A stretch of DNA of 64,000 nt from Saccostrea echinata. Lineage: Eukaryota. Positions within the stretch are counted from its first letter, which is position 1. Every line of letters starts with the position of its first letter. Both the position numbers and the translations under genes were made by a program. This document shows positions 24,820 to 37,018 of the stretch, in pieces. The stretch is taken from the NCBI RefSeq assembly GCF_033153115.1, contig NW_026889756.1, forward strand, positions 2,108,001-2,172,000, in the 5' to 3' direction. The notes below the pieces were generated by a model that did no database searches, had not been told where the DNA came from, and saw only the letters and a program-made list of their open reading frames with translations.

Positions 24820-27800
24820 CTATAATTCTGTATTGCACAAATGGCGCACCATATCGGGGGTTTTTGTTTTGGCTACGAGATCACTCCAATTGTTATATCT
24901 GAAATACACCAAAAAAAGGACTGATCAAAATATAAGTGATAATAGAAATAAAGCAACTATCGATAATTAATGGACATATTCAACAAACCTGGTTTTCGGG
25001 TCTACCGTCATATTGTTGTAATCACTGCACACGGAGGCAGCCATACAGGAACTCAGAAGACTGTATATGGTTTCTCTTTCTGCTAAGACCTCAAGTGGCG
25101 ACATCTCACCGGAAGTCCATTGACGAATCATCCACGCAGCGTCATACGACGAGAGGAAGCCTCGACCACATCCGGTTCCCAATGGCCAGAAAGGCTTTTA
25201 AAAAACGGTTATGAATTGTGAATTTTTTTAAATAATGAGGACATTTTGAGAGTTATTTACAATCAAACTAGTAACTTAAAAATTAACTCCAAGAAATAAT
25301 GCTCATACATATTTTTTTTTCCTTTTTAAAGAAGGCTTGAACTCCATATCAAGCGTTAATACCTTCAGAAAACAACCAATAAACATTTAACATTTTACTT
25401 ACCTCTAACAGGCTATCCCCTACAAGTCCCATTAACAGTTTGTGTCCGTTCCTCACCAGAACACGTGACGCACTCTCAGAATAATACATGGCAGTAAAAT
25501 CAAAGATGGCAACGTCAGGTTCACCTCGATAATTGGTTTCACATTCTAGATCCGGAAGTAGACCGTCTGTACACACTTCCGCTACATTACAGGCGAATTT
25601 GGTTAGTTTTACTTTGTCTATGTTGTCCGGAGCTAATAATGCCTTTGCATTTGGTTGGTTGGATTTTAAAACGCCATTTTTGAGTAAGCTTTGTTTTAAA
25701 GCAGTCATCACAAAATAATGTGTTTCGCCTTTAAAATAAACACAGTTCTCCAGCAGAATGTCTTTCTTGTTCACCAGATTGTGGAAATGCTCAGGTTTTC
25801 CCCATACGGCTAATCCCCCCAGTTCCTGAACCTTGGCCTCTTGGTTTGTATATTTCCGTTTAAAGTTTATGGTAACTGCTATTGCTAGGGGCCCACGTAT
25901 TTCTTTCCGAACAAAACCTGTAGATAAATTTATATTTTTACTTAATAAAGACATGTACAGTTTTGCACAAAAGTAAACTAGATCTTGGTTATCTGGATAT
26001 CAATGAAGTGTAATCCCAGACAATGAATTTGTAAAATGTACTTTTATTTCATACACACCCGGTAGCGTTTCGCCTTTTCCGTCTGCTCCAATAATGACGG
26101 AGAATTGATAATCAGATAAAGGGTGGTCTTCAGGTGTACACCGACATCGCCAACCCACTGTAAGAAAATGAACAAAAAATACTCATCAGTTTGCATTTCT
26201 TGACAACCATGTCTACACTTTAAATTTTCTGAAAACAGTCTCCCAGCACTAGAATGTATCAAAATGTACACAAACATGGTGTCCACAATATTCATTTCAT
26301 TGAATGATAGATGACAAAATCGTATTATTTCGTCAGAATTTTAATGTAAACGCAGTACTTCTACTTTTAATGTAAACATTCCCTGTCATTTTTTTAACAT
26401 AAACCTAAGAATTTATAAATGATTTAACTTAATAGAGATCTTGCATTACTGACTCTACACGAATTTGCTGATCTTACCGTCTGCATTATCAACAGGCGGA
26501 TCCAACAGTCCATCATACGCCACATTTGTGTGCACTTCCACCCCAAGTAACAGCGCAACTTTAAGTAAAATACTTTGTAGTCTCCGGATACCTGATAGAG
26601 AAATCAATAGGTTAATTAGGACTGAAACTAAATCATTGCAATGAATACTGGTGTTTGTGAGCAGCTCCTCCCCCACCCCTTTTACATACATCCCGGTCCC
26701 AGGGAATTTTTAAAGTTGTTTGTTTTAAATTGTTATAGTTTCAAGATTAAAAAAAATAGAAAAATCAGTGAAAAATAATACTTTTTTATTTAAAAAAACA
26801 AACAAACGAACAAAAAACCATGGTGCCCACCATTTGGAAAGGTATACCCCCCTCCCTCAAAGATGAAAACATTTACACTTTGGCAAAGGTGTTTTATTTG
26901 TTTTAAAAAATCAAGTGTGTTAATATAACACAATTTTTACTTACTGATGTGACTTATTCCTCCGACACAAAACTTTGAAAACAATTCCTTTGCTCCTAGA
27001 TTCTTCAGGTCCTCGATGACAAACGGCCAGAGGTGAAGGGTGTTGTGACGGGAAAAAGAACAGCGCTTCTCCATAACAACCACTATGTATCCTAGCAACG
27101 CAACTTCAATGGCGGTTCGAAGGCCACATGGTCCGGCACCAATAACTAAAATCTTTAATAAAAAGTACAAGCATTTAGAAAAGAAATATCTCACGAGCTT
27201 AAAACATAAAAACTGAAAAGAAATGAGGCAGTAAATCACGAATGCTGAATTTGTACGAACGTCGATGAGGACAAGAGAAATAACTATAAAATAGTCGTAA
27301 ACATCCGGAAAATCTGAAGACGTTAAATCACGGTGAAAAACTGCAGGAAACAGTTTTTCGTACACTGGATGGAATTAAAAAGTCATGATGGGGTACAACT
27401 GGTATTAATACTTTTTTACGACCTTCAATAATTTTTCAATTATGATAAAAAAAACTCAATATTTGATGTATTATTACGAAAAAAATCGATCAATAAAATT
27501 TGACAAATATACATGTAAAATGTTGCTGTTGTGCCATAAATATGTTGGTTTCGTTAGCTCATCATGTATTTCCGCTACAATCTGATTATAATTGCATCTT
27601 TTACTTTGTTCCCCAATCGCCTGACATTTTTATTTTATTTTAAAGACATTCCAATATTTCTTTCAAAATGACCCTATGATTCATTCCTGTGATTATAATG
27701 TAAAAATGTATAGATACATAAATAATTAATAAATCGAGTGACATTTTTGTTTTATTTTTAAGAAATTCCAGCATATCTTTCAAAACGAACCTATGATTTA

Positions 27801-28101
27801 TTCAAGTGATTATAATGTAAAAATCTATAGATATAATTATAATTGAATAATTTGTACTTACCTTTGCGTGTTGACAGCCTCGATTGTTCTGAAAGACCTC
27901 AACGTTTCGTTTTCTGGTCAGTTTGCTCAAAAGTGGCCTGGCGCGCCATGACGTCACTTTAGAGGAGAAATGTTCTATCAGCTCCAATCTATTTTTGATG
28001 TTTTTCAAGTCCAGTTCGTAACAGAGGGAATCAAAATATTCCAAAATGTTTCCACAATTGTCTGTTTTCATGAACTTTTCAAAAATCTCGTTTGCATTCA
28101 T
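24820..28101 (-). CDS. MICAL: MICAL-family FAD monooxygenase, monooxygenase domain only, about 486 aa; exons 28101-27862, 27152-26945, 26591-26478, 26157-26059, 25917-25403, 25194-24989, 24898-24820
   Basis: Frame-consistent GT-AG exons give [82 protein letters not shown]...[15 protein letters not shown] on the - strand at about 24652-24657. This is a family assignment, not an orthology call. Confidence 0.9.
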
Positions 28102-29533
28102 TTTTTTTTTTAATCAAAATCCGTTTATCACTAGCGATTCTTTTCAGCGAGTGTAAAGAGCCGAGTTATGAATACTATAAGCGATGTGTATTCTACAGAG
28201 GTTTATTAAACAAATGGTATCTGTTATTTCTTTTATATATGAAAAGTCACGGGTATATTGCAAAAGACCCATGGAGTGTAAACGTGTATACTGATACCCT
28301 ATGTTGCTGCCATATTCGGTGCAGATCGTCGCTATTTTCCTTATTTGGCTAATCGATCCTCGCTGACCCAGTTTTTATTTACTTTACATAATCTAAATTT
28401 AAACACTGGGAAATCACCACGTCTGTTATAAATATCTTAGTGTCAGTATATAGTACGAACTACAATTACTCGACTTGGAAAATTAAATATATTAAAAAGT
28501 CGAGATATATCGCTTTCTAATCGATTACAATTATACTTATGTGAAGAGGTAAATAAAATATAATCTATTTGAGAGGATATTTTGTGGTTATCCACTCCAA
28601 ATATACAGATGTTGATGGTAGATGTTTAAAAATATCGCATGACCTCGTACGTTGCCTTTAATATTTCCATATATGGAAGTTAAATGCTGGCCTAAAAATC
28701 AATGTGCCGAGTTTTCGTAATTTAATTTTTAAAATGGTCTAATCAGCTGGTATACATACTTCATAGATTTATATACATGCACAACATAAAATTTGATAAA
28801 TCTGGTCTAGAGCAAAGAAATTCCAAATCTTAAATTTATAAACTGATTTTAATTTAAAGATAGTAATATTCATTACACAATCAACATATACAAGTCGTAC
28901 ATAGATGTTTAAATGTACTACCTCTGAAATGAATAAATAAATAAATATCCAACATAAAGTAATTGTTTTTATTACTGACCTTCAAAAATGTCTTGGAGTC
29001 TGAGATAAGAAAATCACATCAAGTCGTGGGAGAGGGAGGGGGTGTCATTGTTACAAACGTGATCGAACATTTACAATTGTTATAGTTCATTCTTGACCTC
29101 GGAGAACCCGCTTGTTCAGATTGTCTTTAATGTTTGTTGAGAAAAAGTGATTTAGTGTTCAAATAATTTTATAAGGACTTAGCAAATCTAGTAATTGTAT
29201 TCTCTTCATGAAATTAAAAAAAAGATAAATTAATAATGAAGGGAAGTTTTCATTTTAACGTCGTGTTGAATTTTCTTTGTCTCCGTATTTAATTTTACAA
29301 CCCCGACGTGTTTCCTATATAATTATTTTTATGGGGGGTTGTACCACCTTTAATTATCAATTTCCGGGTCATCAAATAAAGACTAACAGTTTCGCTGTCA
29401 ATTTACGACTCTATAGTGGATTAATCGGCCCGTTATTTGTTACCTATAGCGGGGTGATTTGTCGGTACAAGTGTTTACATATGAGTACATACATTTACGG
29501 ACCTGTGTTATAAATATCTGGATAACTGGAATA

Positions 29534-29662
29534 ATGGAAAAATTCCTTTTTATTAATTTCATGCTAATTATAGTGATTTTCAATTATCCTGCTGAAACAG
29601 GTAAGTTTGAAATTTTTATACCACCATAACACTGTCTTTTATTATAAAATTTGGTTCGAAAA

Positions 29663-29712
<50 letters not shown>

Positions 29713-32700
29713 ATTATTTTGATTTTTATGTAACGCAATAAGTCGTTGAAATATTAAACCGAGAAACATTATGCCATCTATTAAATACGATTGTTATGAA
29801 AGTATTTCATTATAGAGGAGAAAAAATATTCATGAAAATTTGACTATATTCTAATAGTAAGAAAAACGAAATTTAGTTAAAAAATTACTGTTACTTTTTA
29901 AATTATTTTGAATCTTGAAACTTTCAGGGGGCCCAATTTACTCCAAATGTGCCCCAGCTGGGGCCCCTTTATCTATACAATGCGATACCTGGAGCATCAT
30001 CTACGTTAGGCAAACAATGTACTCCGAGTACTACGGTGTTCCGAATGTCAACTGTCAGCTTCCCTCCTACAACACCCTCTGTCACACCTTTAGTAACACC
30101 TCGGACTTCTACTTCAACGGTAAATATAGGGCGGAACACACATTTACATCCGAAAGGCTGGCAGCGGTGGGTCAGACATTCGGTCTGGGCTGTAACTATT
30201 CGTCTACTGTCAAAGTGGTCCAGATACTGTACGAGTGTCTCACAGGTAAGCTCATGTGACTCAAATCCATCAATCTAAAAGCAACCTTAAATTTTAAAAT
30301 TTAAAAAAAAAATCAGTCATGGGATGTTTTTTGAAAAAAAGATTTTTTTTTTATTTTCATTGAAAATCACCAAAAATATTTCAAGGATAGATTTTTAGGC
30401 AATACATGTATTAATCAAACTACTTTTACATGTTCTTTCCTTTTATTGGATTCATTTTTTGTCATCTCCCTCGGGAGATGACACATTAAGTTTGAATCAC
30501 CGGAAGTAAAGTCCTACAGTAAGCTGCCATTGATAAGCTGGTGGTCTGACTGACGATGACACGATTTCTAAATATAGAGATGTAAACAAAATTGACCAAA
30601 GTCTGTCTTATTATTATTAAACAAAATGGTCCATCTTAAAGTTAAAGTAAAACTACATCAGTGTTCATTCAGAGTAATAGAGGTAGGATCACTTGGGTGG
30701 TGGTGGGTCTTCTTTAACGGTTTATATACATAAACATTGCATCTAGGCTATTGCGTAAAACGATGGTCAGCGCGCGGGGATCAAAATAGCATATTGAATG
30801 TATAAGCCAAGGCGTGGATCCAAGATTTACTGACGAAAGAAAACAGTGAAAATATTTAAATGACAACTCACATTAAATGCATATATACAATGGCAAAAAC
30901 TTTACTTTTATGAGCACTTTAGTCAATCGATAATTAATGCCGTATATATGAAAAATAAAACAGAACTTATTCAAAAAAAAAAAATAAATAAATAATAAAG
31001 TTGGAAGAAAAGAAATTTTACCTAAAAGCACAATTTAGGCAGAAACATAATTATAAATGTCTCTGATTTAAGTAACTCAGTGCTGCAGGCATTGGAATAA
31101 AGATCATAAAGAATCATTATGAGTATTTTCTCGGATGTGTGCACTATATTCTTTTTACCCCTGTATAAAAGTATTAGGAAAATATACAGTTTTCTTTACC
31201 TGGCTCAGATTTTAAGAGTTAATAAACAAAGCAACTGTTTTCATATTCTCTATGCAATTCTAATTTGCGTTTTTTGTCAATGAGAAAAGGTAAAAAAAAA
31301 AATCACTCCTCGTATTCTTGAAACAAAGCCAAAATTATAAAATGTGTGTCTCATGGAACAGCCTATAAAATCGATGTTGGTAGATTGGGGTTCTTTTCGA
31401 TGTGTTAATACTTAATTTTAAATGGTATCGTTTCAATTTTATAATTACCTTTCTATGCATGATTTTTTTCCAAGAGCGTATACATGTACATGTACATGTA
31501 CTTATATTATACATAATATAGCGTTAGAACATGAATCTGAATGGGCAGCAGAAGGGCATGATGCAGGAGTGTCTCAATTTTTCCCTTGATATTCCCAGTG
31601 GCTCGATGGCCAAGTCACTTCAGAGGATACGATTAAGGAAAATAAGGAAAGTCTTGGAACTAATTCAGGTTCAGATTAATTTAAGTTGGCGCTTTAAAAC
31701 TTCTTTGCTGCCGTGGTAGGCGGCTAAGAACTAAAGTCAAAAGGAACGCTAAGTTTTTATCCATCTTCTTTCGGAATAATTGTTAAAGCTATATATGGCG
31801 TATCTGAGCTAAAAAATAAAAATACGAGATTGGGTGAAGCTAAACATTATGTATGTTATTTACGTTGAAATTAAATTTTTCACCGATTTTGAACTTGAAT
31901 AACCTCATGTTTCCATAGTTCGACTGATTAAAAAAAAAAAAATTAAACTGTGTCTGTTAATTAAAATCTGAATCGGTAAATAAATCGGTTTTTGCTTTAA
32001 ATTTCTAATATCTTTGAAACGTGATTGATTTAAATTGTGTAATTTACAGGAAAGTCCTATTTTTATATAAAGTAATAAAACAAATAGAAAGATCTTTTNN
32101 NNNNNNNNNNNNNNNNNNNNNNNNNNNNNNNNNNNNNNNNNNNNNNNNNNNNNNNNNNNNNNNNNNNNNNNNNNNNNNNNNNNNNNNNNNNNNNNNNNNN
32201 NNNNNNNNNNNNNNNNNNNNNNNNNNNNNNNNNNNNNNNNNNNNNNNNNNNNATTCTTACGAATATTTCTCAGTGGTTAGAATTTTTTACAGACATTGTA
32301 CAAAATATATTTAAACCGAATAAAGCATATTTACAACAGGTAAAATAATACAGGTACATAGCACCAGGAGGGCCGTCCCCTTCCACTTTTTTCCCCAAAC
32401 ATTGAAAAGGCGCACCCTTGACCCCTCTTCCACCTTTTGTTGCAGTATGGTACGTCAAATCATCCCATGAGAATGTATTATAACATAAAATATGTTTGTC
32501 GGAAAAGTTGTAATCCCTTCTTCCAAGAAATGAAAATGTTGAGTTTGGATAGCCCCTTTTTCCCCTTGTCAAAGATTGTTCAGAAAAATCGTCGATTTTT
32601 TTGTCCTCCACCCCCCCCCCCCCATTTTTTCAAAAGCGATACTACTGCCTGTAATAGCTGAGAAAACAAGCATTCTGAGAGTATTGCATTAGCAATACTA

Positions 32701-35278
32701 GTCCCCTACCGGCAAGTGTAATCTGGTTCCCGTTAAGAATTGAAAATGCCATAATTCCGTCAAAAATTAATGAAGCGGGACGAAATGCAAACTTGATCTA
32801 TAACTAATCAAGGTAAAGCCACATACCAAAAATCAGCTCAATATCTACAAGCGTTTAGAAGAAAATTGCGGAAAACCCGTAAAAATTGAAAAGGTCGTAA
32901 TTCTGTCAAAAATCAATGAAGCGGAACGAAATGTAAACTTGATCTGTAGCTCATCAAGATACACTCACATACCAAAAATCAGCTCAATATCTGTAAGCGT
33001 TTAGGAAAAAAGTGCGGAAAACCAAGTGGGACAGACTGACAGACAGACAGAGGGACAGACAGACGGACAGACAGACAGACGGACGGACAGACTCAGAGGA
33101 AACCTATAGTCCCCTCCGGTTTCACCGGTAGGGGACTAATAATATAACATTCCACTGTTTATTCTGTGACGTTAATGAAGCCAAAGAGATGACATTTCAG
33201 GCTTTCTGGAAAGCCAAACTTGTTTTATTTCTCTTTACTCTGTCTACGTGTTTATGCTTATACTTTCCCCCCTTTAAATGAAGATTTTTTTTTAAATTTA
33301 TTTCTGTCATAGAAAGTGGGGGAAATTATTACAATGGTTTAATTCAAACAGAACTAGAGAGACCAAGTATTTGTGAAAACAGAGAAAGATTCGGGGAAGT
33401 TGACGGGTTGCTTTTTAATCCTGGATTTCCTGATCCGGTTAGGGAACATCATGGCGGCTGTACATGCCGAATTTCAGCCACGGACTGGGGAGTAGTGCGA
33501 CTGAAAGCTATTATTATCAACCCTGTCCATCCGCATACCGGAAGCGGAAGGTGGAGCCTTACTATCAGAATCAATGAAGGTATCAACGGAAAAACGAATA
33601 ATTATTTACTTACCCCTTTATTTCCGATATTTTTTTTCTTATATGAAAATATTTTTGTAATCTTATCAAGGAAACAACATATTTTTTAAAGAAATATAAC
33701 TATAACAAACGTTTGATTTTGAAATACAATGCCGTCGAGTTCCGGTCGGATATGGAATAATTCCGATTGATTTGTCATTTGCCCTGTTAATTTTAGAGCA
33801 GGTCTACAGTCTTGATCAGATGTACCGCCTCTCTACAGATATTGGTATCCCAGACACCAACAGCCTCGTTCTGGACTATAGTAATGGCGGTGACACTACA
33901 TTCCTCCCCATAATGGTTCCAAGGGTACCCACGGGCTTCTGGATTAAGTACTCCGGTAAATTATTAACACCATATACTCCGGCAAACCGAGCATGTTCAG
34001 AGAGGTTACAATGTACAATCTCCTAACAGCAATATTCGTATATTTGGAAAGAAATATTTATGTACAAATCGTGGAAATAATCGCAAGATCTTTGAAAGTT
34101 AAATGCACATACATTTTGAAATGAAAATTCATATGAAATACCTCCCATGCAGCTCAATATCAGATAATTTAATATATGATTTTTTTAATATATGACCTTT
34201 TTTAATTTGTTTTTTCTCTGTAGCGTTCCCGTTAACTTCTCGTTTGCATGTGACATGCTCTGTTCAAGAACAAAAGGAAGAAGCACTCTCCTCAGGTAAA
34301 AACGAAAAATAAATAAAACCTGGTGAAGGCCGAAACCCTGTTTTTATATCTTTGAAAATTCTCATGTAAAATTTACACACCACACTTCAATTCATGCAGT
34401 TACATGTAGAATTGGAAAAAAATGAATCGATTTTATATAAATTATCTAATAACTGGGAGGATGCCATATTATTACTTTTTCTGTAGGCCTGATAGCGGTG
34501 ATAAGCAGTGTAGCTGGAGTTGTCCTTCTTCTTATATGTATTGTTATTCTCCTAATAATTAAAAGGTAAGAAACGATCAGGGAATACATGATAATAAACA
34601 AGGAAACAGGCTAATCGAAAGAAGAGGTGGAGGAAATCTTTATTTTCAATTGTTACATTAAAAGCATTAATTATCCCTGTTTCCACATTGACCCTTGCTT
34701 GATTTCATTTGGATCGTATTTTCAATTGTTACATTAAAAGTTTTAATTACCCCTTGTTTCCTCAATGCTTTGCTGGATTTCATTTGAATGGTTTCTTTTA
34801 ATATTTAACAGATTCATGTCAAAAAGGACAGAAAAAAGACAGCCGTTTCACAGATACCTAAATAAACTTGGCGGATCCCAAGGGGTGAGTGTAAGAAGTG
34901 ATGCGTTCTCGGAACTTAATAAAGAGTTTCACTTCCTGAGATGTAATTCACTCTCCAGTATTTCTAGGTACAACAGTTTAAAATTTTATCTTTAAAAACA
35001 AGAGAAGGAAAATGTCGTCTACGAAATCAAAGGATTCTGGGATAGCCACTATTGACATTCATCGGAACGAGTCCTTTAAACAAGCGGTGGATGATTCTGA
35101 AAACGCTGCAAAAAATCCGGAAAAAGAGTTGAAATCTGAAGAGAGTGACGAAATAGGTAAACAGGAAGTGACGCCTGTACCGGAAGCTGTACAGAATGAG
35201 ATAGAATCTACAACGGAGTTTGGGGTTTTCGAATTTTTATCTGTGTTTGGCGCAACTGACGACGAAGTGGACGTGTAG
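29534..35278 (+). CDS. Type I membrane protein, about 436 aa: signal peptide, SUEL-lectin-like domain, CUB-like domain, TM helix, acidic tail; exons 29534-29600, 29928-30245, 33313-33579, 33797-33955, 34224-34295, 34487-34565, 34812-34884, 35003-35278
   Basis: TATAAA about 25 bp upstream of the ATG. All junctions GT-AG and frame-consistent, with phase-1 ectodomain exons. Signal MEKFLFINFMLIIVIF; CUB-like GLLFNPGFP...CTCRI...GFWIKY; TM GLIAVISSVAGVVLLLICIVILLII followed by KR. Domain names are tentative. Confidence 0.75.
29666..29711. repeat. (GA)n microsatellite
   Basis: Direct read, in intron 1 of the membrane-protein gene. Confidence 0.95.
32665..33141 (+). mobile_element. Pearl (CvA)-like HINE element
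   Basis: Subterminal inverted repeat tagtcccctaccgg (32699) / ccggtaggggacta (33125), two core repeats of about 145 bp, an (ACRG)n microsatellite and a 3' hairpin. Confidence 0.85.
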
Positions 35279-36981
35279 TTTATAGGCAATTATTTCAAGA
35301 TTTGTTTCCTTTTTAAAAATTTATATATACATGTAGATATCTATATTTATTTTTCAACTTTCAAGATATTGTTCAAATTTAATTAAAAAAAAAAATACGC
35401 AGCTATTTCATGAATGTGGGTGATTCTGCAATTTTTTGTCACCAGTTTATCTAAAATACAAAGAGCAGAATGATAATATTGGGTTTGCTTTTTTTTTTCT
35501 CTGGCATCACGAATTATTAATAAAACGTTGATGTGGATTGTAAAACTAGTTGTATTGACTTTAAGAGTGCTTCAAATTTTGGATTGTTCAGATACCTAAA
35601 TGTCTTGTCACAAATGTGTGAAGTGCACAAATTTAGGCAAAGGAAATTCAATTAACTGACCTCTTAAGTTTTCTCTCTTATTTTACAGAATTTTTGCAGG
35701 AGAAATAAAATAGTTAAATACCGTTAGACATGAAATATTGAAAAAAAAATTATATGGTTCTCATGATGATTAAATAAGAAAGAGAGATTTGTACGGAAAT
35801 ATTAAGGGGGTGAAAGTACTTTTTTAACAAGATTTTTGACCGTTGTGTACATTTCTAGTCTGCGTCTTACCTTAAAAAATAAGGTTGATGCGTACAATAG
35901 ATACGATTTTTTCCTTGATAAAGCATACTTGTCACCCGTTCCCTTTCGCCAGACACAAACTTAAAAAAAAAAAAAACAAAACAAAAAACACTCGAACTCA
36001 TAAGAGTTATCTCACACTGGTCAATCTCGCATTGATCATTAACTTAAAAGAAAGAAAAATAAAAAATAAAATATCAGTGCCCACTGGTGTATGTTTCATT
36101 AAAGAAGGTGTTTATGGAGTGAATACATTATTTATTTTTTTAAATGTCTATTGTGCGAAATACAACTTATAAAGTTTTTTTTTTAAATCATTTAGTGTGT
36201 GTCATAACATTTAGTTAGTTATTAAGGTTGAGTCAGACTTCTCTATTTCTAAATTTTAAAATTGTTTTCCGCTTATATGTAGTTTCCTTATTCCCGGAAA
36301 TGGAGAAGAAAATAGGAAAAAAGACAAAAAAAAATTGCTTCCAAAACAAATTCCATTTGTGAATCCTTAAAAGCAAATGTTGATTTCTACCACAACTAAA
36401 AACTGCTTGGTTGTTTTGAAAAACATTATGTGTATTTTCGTGACGGATAATGAATAATCAAAATCTAAAGTTGTAAGGATGACATATCAGATGGAGTTAT
36501 TCCTCTTTACCTTAAAACACAAGGTTTATATCGTCCAAAAATTGTGTAGACTTGTGTGATAAATAATAAGTTCCATAGGGATAATTTTAATGTTTCATCT
36601 TCGTTTTTCGTCCTACGTGATTTCTTTGTATTTGTTTTCTCCAAAGATATCAGGTTTTATACTTCATAAGAAGTGTAGCAGTTGCATACTTATTTTTGTA
36701 AATGTATACATTTAGGTAAGTAGGGATAAATATTTAAAAATTAATATTTGCCATAGGGTTTGAGGTTTGGGTATGGGGGAATGGCAGAGATATACAACCA
36801 GCACTTTATTAGATAAATCACCAGCGGTCATTAAGATTTTTATTGTCAGAGAACATGCAATCCAGAAATCACCTTAAAAATCCAATAAGCTTTTAGCTGC
36901 TCATGTGATTTTTTTTCCTTAACGTTTAATATTTTGAGGCATCCAAACTTTTCAACCCTATTGTAAGTTTTCCGTTTAGGT

Positions 36982-37018
<37 letters not shown>

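Noticed and set aside
24967-24988. MICAL-like gene ending at FVEYVH* as in the ORF track
   Set aside because: A GT donor at 24988 and an exon at 24898-24820 restore the conserved DP.TRY...VRHL ending.
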